Positions 1-9,436 of a stretch of 64,000 bases of DNA are shown here, one piece after another. The notes beneath the pieces were generated by a model that had not been told where the DNA came from, searched no databases, and saw nothing but the letters and a program-made list of their open reading frames with translations. Each line of letters opens with the position of its first letter. Position 1 is the first letter of the stretch. The DNA is taken from positions 1,558 to 65,557 of the forward strand of contig CAZSHH010000004.1 in the NCBI GenBank assembly GCA_964606525.1, in the 5' to 3' direction. The translations under genes and the position numbers were made by a program. The DNA comes from an uncultured Dehalococcoidales bacterium. GTDB lineage: Bacteria > Chloroflexota > Dehalococcoidia > Dehalococcoidales > UBA2162.

Positions 1-66
1 ATTGGTAATAAGGAAGTTGATGAGGCCATCCGGATAATGGATCAGGTCCTGGCGGGAGTAAAATAA
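1..66 (+). CDS. partial CDS (3' end only), class-III aminotransferase-like C-terminus (possibly acetylornithine aminotransferase)
   Basis: Frame 1 is open from base 1 to TAA at 64-66 (IGNKEVDEAIRIMDQVLAGVK*). The peptide resembles ArgD-type C-termini and lies directly upstream of argG-argH. Only 21 aa are visible. Confidence 0.35.
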   Translation: MGNKEVDEAIRIMDQVLAGVK

Positions 67-140
67 AAGGACGGCAGGGGATGGCTGTAAATGATAGACG
101 GCCCTCTTTCCGTTTCTTATGATTCGAAGGGAGTGTAAAA

Positions 141-1439
141 ATGGCAAATACCAAAAAAGTAGTTCTGGCATACAGCGGCGGATTGGACACCTCAGTCGCC
201 ATTCCCTGGTTGAAAGAAAAATACGGTATGGATGTCGTTGCCCTGACCATCGATGTGGGTAACGAGAAAGATTTCACTACCGTCAAAGAAAAAGCTCTTA
301 AAGTAGGGGCGGTCAAAGCCATTGTTGCTGATGCCAAGGAAGAGTTCGTTAAGTACTTCTGTTTCCCGGCGGTCCAGGCCAATGCCCTGTACGAGGGTGT
401 CTATCCCCTGGCGACTGCTCTTTCCCGACCTTTAATGGCAAAATTACTGGTTGATGTCGCCCGGGAGGAAGGAGCGACCGCGGTCGCACACGGCTGCACC
501 GGCAAAGGCAACGACCAGGTCCGTTTTGACGTCGGTGTTCATGCCCTGGCTCCTGATCTGCAGGTCATCGCCCCTGCCCGTGAATGGAAAATGACCCGGG
601 AAGAGACCATGGCTTATGCTAAAAAGCATAATGTCCCGGTCCCTGTTACTAAAAAGAGCCCCTATTCCATCGATGAAAACCTGTGGGGTAAATCTATTGA
701 GTGCGGCGTTTTGGAAGATCCCTGGGTTGAGCCCCCGGACGATGTCTGGGTCTTGACTAAATCACCTACCAATGCTCCGAATAAACCAGTATATGTCGAG
801 ATCGGCTTTGAAAATGGCATCCCGGTCAGTCTCAACGGTGAAGAGATTGACGGCCAGGCCTTGATCCGCCATTTGAATGAACTGGCAGGTGAACATGGCA
901 TTGGCCGGGTAGACCATATCGAAAACCGCCTGGTGGGCATCAAGTCCCGGGAATTATATGAAGCTCCGGCGGCGATTACCCTGATTCGTGCTCACGAAGC
1001 CCTGGAAGCTATGACCATGTCCAAGGACCAACTCCGCTTCAAGGCGAAAGTCGCTATCGAAATATCCGATATTATCTACAATGGCCTGTGGTTTGGCGGT
1101 TTAAGCCGGGATCTGTCTGCCTATATCCAGAGCAGCCAGCGCTATGTCACCGGTACCGTGCGTTTACAGCTCTACAAGGGACATATCCAGGTCGTCGGCC
1201 GAAAGTCTCCACATTCCCTGTATAACCTCAGCCTAGCTACCTATGATAAGGGCGATAAATTCGACCAGAGTGCTGCCGTCGGCTTTATCCATCTCTGGGG
1301 TCTGCCCGTGGCGACCCAGGCCCAGGTCCAGCTGCTGCCTGATGCCGAAGGGCCTTTAGCCTTGATGGGCGGGGTAACATCGCCAAAGAAGAATCCAAAA
1401 AACCCAGGAAAAACTGCGAAGAAGAAAGTAAAAAAATAA
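141..1439 (+). CDS. argG: argininosuccinate synthase
   Basis: 432-aa ORF with the N-terminal AYSGGLDTS PP-loop motif and full-length ArgG-like sequence. SD GGGAG lies 7 nt upstream of the ATG. Carries an extra Lys-rich C-terminal tail. Confidence 0.95.
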   Translation: MANTKKVVLAYSGGLDTSVAIPWLKEKYGMDVVALTIDVGNEKDFTTVKEKALKVGAVKAIVADAKEEFVKYFCFPAVQANALYEGVYPLATALSRPLMAKLLVDVAREEGATAVAHGCTGKGNDQVRFDVGVHALAPDLQVIAPAREWKMTREETMAYAKKHNVPVPVTKKSPYSIDENLWGKSIECGVLEDPWVEPPDDVWVLTKSPTNAPNKPVYVEIGFENGIPVSLNGEEIDGQALIRHLNELAGEHGIGRVDHIENRLVGIKSRELYEAPAAITLIRAHEALEAMTMSKDQLRFKAKVAIEISDIIYNGLWFGGLSRDLSAYIQSSQRYVTGTVRLQLYKGHIQVVGRKSPHSLYNLSLATYDKGDKFDQSAAVGFIHLWGLPVATQAQVQLLPDAEGPLALMGGVTSPKKNPKNPGKTAKKKVKK

Positions 1440-1631
1440 ATCGGTAGGAGCGGGTTCTCAGAATGAGTCTCTATATCCTTGAATTGTCATTCTGAGGAGC
1501 CTAACGACGGTCGACTCGGAGTCGAAAGAATCCGTTTTATTAAAGGCCAAGATAAAAACGGATCCCTCGGCTTCAACTCGGGATGATATACTGAAATAGC
1601 ATCTTTAACCCGCACGCTGCAGGAAAAATGA

Positions 1632-3005
1632 ATGACCAATATCCGGGGCCGTTTAAAAAAACCGGCTGACAAGATGGCGAATAAGTATACCGCCTCTATC
1701 CCGTTCGATTGGCGGCTGTACCCTTATGATATCGCCGGCAGCGTTGCCCACGCCATGATGCTGGCCAGGCAGGGTATCATTACTGATGAAGAAGCCCGCT
1801 TGATCTGTGAAGGTCTCTCCCGTATCAGGTTGAAGATCGAAGCCGGAGAATTCGAGTTTAAAAGCGAATTTGAAGATATCCATATGAATATCGAAGCCGC
1901 CCTGATTGAACAGGTCGGTGAAGCGGGGCGAAAACTCCACACCGCCCGTTCCCGTAACGATCAGATCGCCCTGGATATGCGCCTTTTCACCAAACATGCC
2001 ATCACCGACACTATGGAAAGTATCCGGGTTTTACAGCGTGCTCTGGTAGGCCTGGCTGAAAAAAACCGCAAGGTCATTATGCCTGGTTTTACCCATTTAC
2101 AGCATGCCCAACCGGTGCTGTTAGCACACCATCTTTTGGCTTATTTCGAGATGCTGCAACGGGATTTCGACCGGTTTACCGACTGTCTGGAGCGGACGGA
2201 TGTCATGCCGCTGGGCAGTGGGGCATTGGCCGGCCTCCCCTATGATATCGACCGTGACTTTGTCGCCCGGGAATTGTCATTTAACCGGGTTAGCCACAAC
2301 AGCATCGACGCCGTTTCGGACCGTGACTTTGTCATCGAATACGAAGCTTGTGCTGCTACCTGTATGATGCACCTGTCCCGACTGGCTCAGGATATCACCT
2401 TATGGGCGACAGCCGAATTTGGTTTTACTCATATTGATGATGCTTATGCGACCGGTTCAAGCATCATGCCGCAAAAGAAAAATCCGGATGTAGCCGAACT
2501 GGCCCGGGGCAAGACCGGCCGGGTTTACGGCCACTTGACCGCCATGCTGACGGTGATGAAAGCCCTGCCGCTGGCCTATAACTCCGACCTCCAGGAAGAT
2601 AAAGAAGGCCTCTTTGATACCGTGGACACCCTGATTTCGACTCTGGATATCATCTCGGGTATGATGAATACACTGTCCTTCGACCCGGCAAAAACGAGGG
2701 CCGCTGCCGGACAGGGATATATCCTGGCAACCGACCTGGCTGATTACCTGGTCCGGAAAGGGGAAGCTTTCCGTTCAGCCCATGAAATCGTGGGTAAGCT
2801 GGTCAGTCACGCCGCCCAAAGAAACCTTCCGTTGAACAAATTGCCGCTGATTGAATATCAGGCTTTTTCTCCCCGCTTCGCCGCAGATGTCTATGCGGTC
2901 AGCCTGGAGTCATCGCTGCGTGCCCGTAATAGCTACGGTGGTACTTCACCGCAGCAGGTCAGCCGGGCCTTGCGGGCAGCCCGTAAGATTATTGGAGGCA
3001 TATGA
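1632..3005 (+). CDS. argH: argininosuccinate lyase
   Basis: 457-aa ORF with the fumarate-lyase signature GSSIMPQKKNPD. ArgH-like over its whole length and follows argG. Confidence 0.95.
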   Translation: MTNIRGRLKKPADKMANKYTASIPFDWRLYPYDIAGSVAHAMMLARQGIITDEEARLICEGLSRIRLKIEAGEFEFKSEFEDIHMNIEAALIEQVGEAGRKLHTARSRNDQIALDMRLFTKHAITDTMESIRVLQRALVGLAEKNRKVIMPGFTHLQHAQPVLLAHHLLAYFEMLQRDFDRFTDCLERTDVMPLGSGALAGLPYDIDRDFVARELSFNRVSHNSIDAVSDRDFVIEYEACAATCMMHLSRLAQDITLWATAEFGFTHIDDAYATGSSIMPQKKNPDVAELARGKTGRVYGHLTAMLTVMKALPLAYNSDLQEDKEGLFDTVDTLISTLDIISGMMNTLSFDPAKTRAAAGQGYILATDLADYLVRKGEAFRSAHEIVGKLVSHAAQRNLPLNKLPLIEYQAFSPRFAADVYAVSLESSLRARNSYGGTSPQQVSRALRAARKIIGGI

Positions 3006-3009
3006 ACCA

Positions 3010-3690
3010 ATGAATAGTGCCGAAATAAAAATCGCTCCTTCGATCCTGTCGGCTGATTTTGCCAACCTTGGCGAACAGGTTGCACAAGCAACTGCCGGTG
3101 GGGCTGATTATATCCATGTGGATGTTATGGACGGCCATTTTGTGCCTAATATCACTATTGGCCCGGCTGTTGTTTCGGCGATCAAGAAACATACTAACCT
3201 GGTGCTTGACGTCCACCTCATGATTGAACAACCGGAATTATTCATCAAGGACTTCGTCATGGCCGGGGCTGATATTGTTACTGTTCACGTCGAAGCCTGC
3301 CCCCATATTCACCGGACTCTGCAGTTGATCAAAGAAACCGGGGTCAAAGCCGGCGTGTGCCTCAATCCTGGTACACCGTTGTGCAGCCTGGACTATATCA
3401 TCAGGGATGTTGACCAGATATTACTGATGACGGTAAATCCGGGCTTTGGTGGCCAGGTTTTTATCGAAAATTGCCTGCCGAAAATTAACGAACTGCGGGA
3501 GTGGCTTGATGAAGAGAAGTTTAACGCTGACCTTGAGGTAGACGGCGGGATAAATGCTGATACCGCTCCCCATGTTGTTGGTGCCGGAGCAAACATCCTT
3601 GTTGCCGGGTCGGCAGTCTTTGCCGAAGGCCGTACTGTCGCTGCAGGGATTTCGGCGATCAAGCAAGCCGTGAAAGCCAATTTCGGTTAG
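3010..3690 (+). CDS. rpe: ribulose-phosphate 3-epimerase
   Basis: MNSAEIKIAPSILSADFANLG... and VDVMDGHFVPN motifs. I chose the ATG at 3010 because the ORF-track start at 2851 lies inside argH and encodes non-homologous sequence. Confidence 0.9.
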   Translation: MNSAEIKIAPSILSADFANLGEQVAQATAGGADYIHVDVMDGHFVPNITIGPAVVSAIKKHTNLVLDVHLMIEQPELFIKDFVMAGADIVTVHVEACPHIHRTLQLIKETGVKAGVCLNPGTPLCSLDYIIRDVDQILLMTVNPGFGGQVFIENCLPKINELREWLDEEKFNADLEVDGGINADTAPHVVGAGANILVAGSAVFAEGRTVAAGISAIKQAVKANFG

Positions 3691-3721
3691 AAGCAGGGAA
3701 GACCATCCTCGGATGAACGCG

Positions 3722-3749
3722 AAAAGGGCGGTTCTAGCCGCCCTTTTTA
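3722..3749. terminator. bidirectional intrinsic terminator between rpe (+) and rpmB (-)
   Basis: AAAAGGGCGG-ttctag-CCGCCCTTTTT: a 9-10 bp GC-rich stem flanked by an A-run upstream and a T-run downstream. Confidence 0.75.
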
Positions 3750-3772
3750 TGTACTAATGATATGAAACCTGG

Positions 3773-3952
3773 TTAGACTGCTTTTAGCTGGGTCCGCTGG
3801 CAGCGGGTGCAAAGGTTCATCCGCTTCTTTTTACCGTCGATGGTTACCGATACAGTATGCACATTCGGTAGAGCACGGGTGTTGGTCCGGCGTTTCGAAT
3901 GACTCACATTATGTCCGAATAATGGTGATTTACCACACAAATCGCATTTCAA
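3773..3952 (-). CDS. rpmB: 50S ribosomal protein L28
   Basis: 59-aa ORF below the ORF-track cutoff, with a TTG start. Translation (M)KCDLCGKSPLFGHNVSHSKRRTNTRALPNVHTVSVTIDGKKKRMNLCTRCQRTQLKAV matches the L28 pattern (C..CGK...FG..VSHS). Confidence 0.85.
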   Translation of the reverse strand: MKCDLCGKSPLFGHNVSHSKRRTNTRALPNVHTVSVTIDGKKKRMNLCTRCQRTQLKAV

Positions 3953-4001
3953 ATTAGCTTCACCCCTTGACCGAGAGAATCATTTGCAGTAATATTCGTA
4001 A

Positions 4002-4030
4002 ATAATATCACAGGCAATGGTTCTTGGCAA
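4002..4030 (-). promoter_or_regulatory. candidate sigma-70 promoter of rpmB
   Basis: On the minus strand: TTGCCA, 17 nt, TATTAT. Lies about 50 nt upstream of the rpmB start. Confidence 0.4.
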
Positions 4031-4238
4031 GAAAGTTGGAAAATTCCGACTTCCACAGTTCAGGACTGGTGATGGCCGGGTGCTTCGAAATCTCATTATG
4101 CCCGGCATTTGTTCATGTCCGGTTTCTCTTTGTATAAATATGTGGAAAGGGTTGTAAAGCGTCTTGTTATAGCTTCCCTGTTTCCCGGGTTGGTAGGTAC
4201 CTCCCGGTGGCTTTAATGAGGGAAATCCTGGAGGTGGG

Positions 4239-5870
4239 ATGAAACAGGTATCATCAATAAATGGTTCGGAATTCAAAGAGATGCTGGCTACAGCTACCGG
4301 TTGGCTGGAGAAAAGTGCCTCTGATATTGATGCACTAAATGTCTTCCCTGTACCTGACGGGGACACCGGCACTAATATGCTGTTGACGATGCGTTCTAGT
4401 ATCGAAGAGGTTTATCAATCGGCAAATTCCTCGGTGTCATCGGTAGCGCAAGCTACCGCTCATGGGGCTCTCATGGGTGCCCGGGGCAACAGCGGGGTAA
4501 TCCTTTCCCAAATATGGCGTGGAATCGCTATCGGATTGAAAGGAAAAAAAACGATCTCCGGTAAAGATTTCGCAGAGGCTTTCAGCCAGGCATCGAAAAT
4601 TGCTTACAAAGGTATCAGCAACCCTACTGAAGGCACGATTTTAACCGTGATGAAAGATGTGGCTGCCGCTGCGGAAAAAGAGGCAGACAAAACCGATGAT
4701 GCAATCGCCGTTCTTGAAGCCGCTGTCGATGCCGCCAGCGAATCGGTAGCTAATACACCAAGGTTATTACCAGCTCTCAAACAAGCCGGCGTGGTTGATG
4801 CCGGCGGGCAGGGTTTATTAACTATCCTCGATGGGGCTTTACGGTATTTACGCGGCGAAGCTGAACAAATGCAGTTCCGTAAACCGCAAATCGTTGCCAG
4901 CAGTATTTCCGGGCCTGCTCAGCGAGTCTTCCGTTCCGGTGATGACGAGGTTCCTTTTGGATACTGCACGGAATTTCTACTTAAAGGGGAAGGATTAAAC
5001 CCGGATGCTATCCGTGCCCGGTTGCAGAAGAAGGGACAATCCCTGATCACTGTAGGGGATAACACGACCGTTCGTGTTCATGTTCATACTCTAGACCCGG
5101 GTAATGTCATCAGGTATGCCACCTCGTTAGGTACCATGCACCAGGTCAGTATCCGGAATATGGACGAACAGCACCAGGATTTTCTACAAATGCAGAAGGA
5201 AAGAATGCCGGAAATTGACATTGCGATTGTTGCTATCGTTGCTGGTGACGGCCTGGGTGAGGTGTTCGCCAGCCTTGGTACGACAGCCATTGTACCGGGA
5301 GGACAGACTATGAATCCCAGTACTAAGGAGATTCTCCAGGCTGTAAACAATGTGGGATCCAACAAGGTGATCATTTTGCCCAACAATAAAAACATTATTT
5401 TGACCGCCCAGCAAGTCTTGAAATTAAGTGATAAAGAAATCGAAATTATTCCTACCAGGTCTATCCCCCAGGGCGTCGCTGCCCTGCTGACTTTTGATTA
5501 TGAGGCTGATTTTGCGACTAATGTGCAGCTCATGAAAGAGGCCATTGAGCATGTCAAGACTGTTGAGATAACCCATGCCGTCAGGCCGGTCAATCTTAAC
5601 GGGCTGAAAATCAAGAAAAAACAGGCCATCGGGCTTCTCGATGATGAACTGTCGGCGGCTGGTACTACTACTGAAGATGCTCTCCAAAAGGTCCTCACAA
5701 AAGTACCTCTCCGGAAAGCTGAAATAATGACGATCTATTACGGCCAGGATATAAAACTGGAACAAGCAAAGGCGGCCGGTGAGAATATCAGGCAGAAATA
5801 TCCGCACATCCAGGTTGAAGTAGTACACGGCGGCCAACCGCATTATCCCTATATTGTATCCATCGAATAA
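4239..5870 (+). CDS. DAK2 domain fusion protein (YloV family)
   Basis: 543-aa ORF. The N-terminal DhaL/DAK2-like domain has the PDGDTGTNM motif, followed by a YloV-type C-terminal domain. Conserved neighbourhood with rpmB, degV and recG. Confidence 0.88.
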   Translation: MKQVSSINGSEFKEMLATATGWLEKSASDIDALNVFPVPDGDTGTNMLLTMRSSIEEVYQSANSSVSSVAQATAHGALMGARGNSGVILSQIWRGIAIGLKGKKTISGKDFAEAFSQASKIAYKGISNPTEGTILTVMKDVAAAAEKEADKTDDAIAVLEAAVDAASESVANTPRLLPALKQAGVVDAGGQGLLTILDGALRYLRGEAEQMQFRKPQIVASSISGPAQRVFRSGDDEVPFGYCTEFLLKGEGLNPDAIRARLQKKGQSLITVGDNTTVRVHVHTLDPGNVIRYATSLGTMHQVSIRNMDEQHQDFLQMQKERMPEIDIAIVAIVAGDGLGEVFASLGTTAIVPGGQTMNPSTKEILQAVNNVGSNKVIILPNNKNIILTAQQVLKLSDKEIEIIPTRSIPQGVAALLTFDYEADFATNVQLMKEAIEHVKTVEITHAVRPVNLNGLKIKKKQAIGLLDDELSAAGTTTEDALQKVLTKVPLRKAEIMTIYYGQDIKLEQAKAAGENIRQKYPHIQVEVVHGGQPHYPYIVSIE

Positions 5871-5908
5871 TCATCCGTCTAATAACCATATAGAATCGGG
5901 AGGGATTC

Positions 5909-6757
5909 GTGAGTACCAGGATTGTAACTGATAGCCTATCCGACCTGACCAGCGAAATGGCTGAGAAGCTTGATATTACAGTAGTACCGCTTACGGTTCT
6001 GTTCGGCCGTCAGACTTACCTGGACCGTGTTACCATTTCCACTGATGAGTTTTATGACCGCCTGGTGCATGGTTCCATCTGGCCGACGACAACTCAGCCA
6101 ACGCCTGCTGCGTTCGCCGAGGTTTTTAGTAAATTAGCTGATACTACTGATGAGATACTGGTCGTTACCCTTTCTCAAAAACTCAGCGGTACCTACCAGT
6201 CTGCCCTGGGTGCCAAACCCATGGTCAAGAAAAAGTGCCGTATTGAGGTAATTGATTCCGAAACGGTAGCCATGGGATTGGGACTTATCGTCATGGCGGC
6301 GGCAAGAGAAGCTAAAAAAGGTGCTGTTCTCAAGGAACTGGTAGAATTCGTCGGCCAGGCCAAATCGCGCTCTCATTTCATCGCTTATTTTGATACCCTG
6401 AAATATCTGGCTAAAGGCGGCCGTATCGGCAAAGCCCAGGGACTGTTAGGTTCATTGCTTTCTGTAAAACCATTATTGACTACCCGGGATGGCGAAATGG
6501 CGCCGGTAACCCGTGTCCGCTCATTGAATGCCGGTATGGATTATCTGTATAGTTTTGCCGCTCCATATATCGGCCGTATTGAAGCTATCGCTGTGGAACA
6601 CACTACGAACATTGAAGAAGCAGATAAGTTAACCGAAAGATACCGTGATATTGTCCCCAAAGACCGGATTTACCGTTCTACGGTAAGCCCGGTACTGGGA
6701 ACCTACGGAGGGCCCGGGGCCGTTGCCGTAACGGTCTTTGAAACCGCGGGCAAATGA
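5909..6757 (+). CDS. DegV family fatty-acid-binding protein
   Basis: 282-aa ORF with a GTG start. Typical DegV N-terminus (IVTDS.SDL) and length. SD GGGAGG lies upstream. Confidence 0.88.
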   Translation: MSTRIVTDSLSDLTSEMAEKLDITVVPLTVLFGRQTYLDRVTISTDEFYDRLVHGSIWPTTTQPTPAAFAEVFSKLADTTDEILVVTLSQKLSGTYQSALGAKPMVKKKCRIEVIDSETVAMGLGLIVMAAAREAKKGAVLKELVEFVGQAKSRSHFIAYFDTLKYLAKGGRIGKAQGLLGSLLSVKPLLTTRDGEMAPVTRVRSLNAGMDYLYSFAAPYIGRIEAIAVEHTTNIEEADKLTERYRDIVPKDRIYRSTVSPVLGTYGGPGAVAVTVFETAGK

Positions 6758-6760
6758 GCT

Positions 6761-9268
6761 GTGTCTCTGGATGCCAGTTCATTACGTAAGGTACTCCAGC
6801 TCGAAGCTGAAAAGGGCTGTCATGATTCTGCGGTTATCGGTGGTCTGGACCGGTTTTTGAACTCTTGTTTCGCCGGGCCTTCGGATTTGGCAGTCCGTTT
6901 TACTCAAGACAAGAACCTCCGCCAGCATTTTCTCCTTAAATCCGGTTATGCCGCGCTTGACCTGAAACAGCGCGCTGACTGGGTAAATAAAGCACTTTCG
7001 TTACTGGAAGAACCCGGTGGAATCAAGGCAGCCGGCGGCTCCAGGACGGAAACGGCTGCTAAACTGCCGCCGAAACCAATTGCCTTCAAGCACATATTAC
7101 ATTCACCCGCAGAAACGACCAAACACCTCAAACTATCTAAAACAGAAATTCCTAACCTTACCCTGGAAGCAGAGATTACGGTGATCAAAGGCATCAGTCC
7201 TAATATCGCTGCCCGCTTCCGTAAACTGGGGGTAAAAAATATCCGCGACCTGCTGTATTTTTTCCCCCGCCGCCACCTAGATTACAGCGACCGCCGTACC
7301 ATTTCGATGTTGTCCGAAGGCAAAGAAGAAACTATCGTTGCCAGTGTCTGGCAGGCCAAAGTAATCAACCTGGGCCGCCGGCGGAATACAGAAGCGATCG
7401 TGGGTGATGAGACGGGCAACGTTCGCGTCATCTGGTTCAACAATCCATATGTCGCCCGCAGCCTGAAAACCAACGACCGAATCATCATCAGCGGCCGTGT
7501 TTCCCTGTACCATGGGCAATATGTTTTTCAATCCCCGGAATGGGAACCGGAAGAGAGTGAGACTATTCACACCGGCCGCCTGGTTCCCCTCTACCGGCTG
7601 ACACAAGGATTGCGACCCCGCCAGGTAAGAAAACTGATGAAATTGGTCATTGACCAGCAATCTGGAAAATTTCCGGAATTTTTGCCCGGCGAAATTATTT
7701 CCCGGCAACATTTACTGGGCCTGGGCGAAGCCATCAGTAAAGCCCATTTCCCGGATGATATTGCACAAAAAAACCGTGCCCGGGAAAGGCTGGCTTTCGA
7801 TGAACTATTCCTGCTCCAGATAGGCGTTTTAAGTAAGAAACGGTCCTGGCAGGATAGCCAACCCGGTAGTGCCGTTGTCATAAATCGGGCAACCCGTATT
7901 ATCCTTGATAAGTTCATTAAAGCCCTGTCCTTCCATCTGACGGCTGCACAGGATAGGGCCCTACAAGAGATACTGGCCGATATGGCGAAACCCCGGCCTA
8001 TGTCTCGCCTATTACAGGGTGATGTTGGCAGCGGTAAAACCATCGTTGCCGCGGCGTCGCTGCTGGCGGCTGTCGCCAGCGGTTTTCAAGGTGCTTTTAT
8101 GGCCCCCACTGAAATCCTTGCCGAACAACACTTTAATACTCTTTCACAGTTATTGTCCAGGTCGGGGCAAAACACGCTTGAAGAGACCAACCTGCGTACC
8201 TATACAGGCTTGATGCCCGGTCCGGTAACGGTTGCCCTATTGACCGGAGACCTGGATGCCGCTACGCGGCGTTCGCTGCATCAGAAGATCCGCACCGGTG
8301 AGATCAACATTATCGTTGGTACTCATGCCATCATCCAAAAAGATGTCGCCTTCCACCGTCTCGGTGCTGCGATCGTCGACGAACAGCACCGTTTTGGCGT
8401 TACCCAGCGCCTTGCTTTGCGTCAGAAAGGGGCGAATCCCCATATCCTGGTTATGACTGCCACCCCCATTCCCCGTACTTTGGCTCTCACCATTTACGGC
8501 GATCTGGACCTGTCGGTCATTGACCAGATGCCGGCTGGCAGGCAGGTAATCAAGACGAAATGGTTGAGGCCGGAACAGCGGCCGGGCGCTTATAACTTTA
8601 TCCGCCGCGAAGTAGGTAAAGGCCGGCAGGCTTTCCTCATATGCCCACTCGTGGAAGAATCCGAAGCCGTGCAGGCCCGGGCTGCGGTGGCTGAATATGA
8701 ACACCTCTCCCGGGAAATCTTCCCGGACCTCAAGCTGGGGCTTGTACACGGCCGGATGACGGCAGGTGATAAAGACAGCGTCATGCGGCAGTTCCGGGCG
8801 GGTGAACTGAATATTTTAGTAGCGACCCCGGTCATTGAAGTGGGCATCGATGTCCCTAACGCTACCGTGATGATGATCGAAAGTGCCGACCGCTTTGGTT
8901 TATCCCAATTGCACCAGTTCCGGGGCCGGGTCGGGCGCGGTCCCGAGCAAAGCTACTGCATGCTGCTGGCGGAAGATCCCTCGGAAATCGGGCGCCAGCG
9001 TCTGGATATCATCGAGCGAGTTTATGATGGTTTTAAACTGGCCGAAGAGGATCTTAACTTGCGCGGCCCCGGTGAGTTTTTCGGTACCCGACAGAGTGGT
9101 TTGCCTGATTTACGGATGGCCCGGCTCTCCGATGTTGCCATCCTGGAAGCCGCCCGTAAAGAAGCTACCTTACTCTTTACACAAGACCCTCATCTGAAAA
9201 CGCCGCCGCACCTGGCTTTAGCTAATGAATTAGCCCGGATCTGGCCCGAATCTGCCGAATGGAGTTAG
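6761..9268 (+). CDS. recG: ATP-dependent DNA helicase RecG
   Basis: 835-aa ORF with helicase motifs GDVGSGKT, DEQHRFG, MTATPIPRT and QLHQFRGRVGRG. It has about 140 extra N-terminal residues compared with typical RecG. Confidence 0.95.
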   Translation: MSLDASSLRKVLQLEAEKGCHDSAVIGGLDRFLNSCFAGPSDLAVRFTQDKNLRQHFLLKSGYAALDLKQRADWVNKALSLLEEPGGIKAAGGSRTETAAKLPPKPIAFKHILHSPAETTKHLKLSKTEIPNLTLEAEITVIKGISPNIAARFRKLGVKNIRDLLYFFPRRHLDYSDRRTISMLSEGKEETIVASVWQAKVINLGRRRNTEAIVGDETGNVRVIWFNNPYVARSLKTNDRIIISGRVSLYHGQYVFQSPEWEPEESETIHTGRLVPLYRLTQGLRPRQVRKLMKLVIDQQSGKFPEFLPGEIISRQHLLGLGEAISKAHFPDDIAQKNRARERLAFDELFLLQIGVLSKKRSWQDSQPGSAVVINRATRIILDKFIKALSFHLTAAQDRALQEILADMAKPRPMSRLLQGDVGSGKTIVAAASLLAAVASGFQGAFMAPTEILAEQHFNTLSQLLSRSGQNTLEETNLRTYTGLMPGPVTVALLTGDLDAATRRSLHQKIRTGEINIIVGTHAIIQKDVAFHRLGAAIVDEQHRFGVTQRLALRQKGANPHILVMTATPIPRTLALTIYGDLDLSVIDQMPAGRQVIKTKWLRPEQRPGAYNFIRREVGKGRQAFLICPLVEESEAVQARAAVAEYEHLSREIFPDLKLGLVHGRMTAGDKDSVMRQFRAGELNILVATPVIEVGIDVPNATVMMIESADRFGLSQLHQFRGRVGRGPEQSYCMLLAEDPSEIGRQRLDIIERVYDGFKLAEEDLNLRGPGEFFGTRQSGLPDLRMARLSDVAILEAARKEATLLFTQDPHLKTPPHLALANELARIWPESAEWS

Positions 9269-9436
9269 CCGGTACCATGGCTGTCTTTTGCTATGTAATA
9301 CTGCAAAACAAAACCGGTTGTATTACGTTATACTTACTGAATATTCAGGAAAATGTCGTTAGTAACTTAATATTGCATTGTTAACTTTCTTTATAGTAAA
9401 ATTACTGTAATGGATTTACTAAGTAGGTAAAATCAC

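Noticed and set aside
2851-3009. N-terminal extensions given by the ORF track for rpe (2851), clpC (11526), ABC ATPase (16379), SBP (14705), glnA (20638), tsaD (29837), proS (29861), pheT (34147), infC (37336) and selenoprotein copy 1 (42694)
   Set aside because: In each case homology begins at a downstream start codon that has a good SD or an ATGA coupling overlap. The extension overlaps the preceding gene or a promoter and has no family resemblance.
3980-4372. 130-aa minus-strand ORF between rpmB and the DAK2 gene
   Set aside because: It overlaps the DAK2 gene start and the rpmB promoter region. Its composition is implausible and it has no SD.
9269-9436. Canonical HspR operator (HAIR, CTTGAGT-N7-ACTCAAG) upstream of dnaJ-hspR
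   Set aside because: The motif is not present. The CTTGA-N5-TCAAG at about 21178-21192 lies in an unrelated convergent intergenic region and has the wrong spacing.
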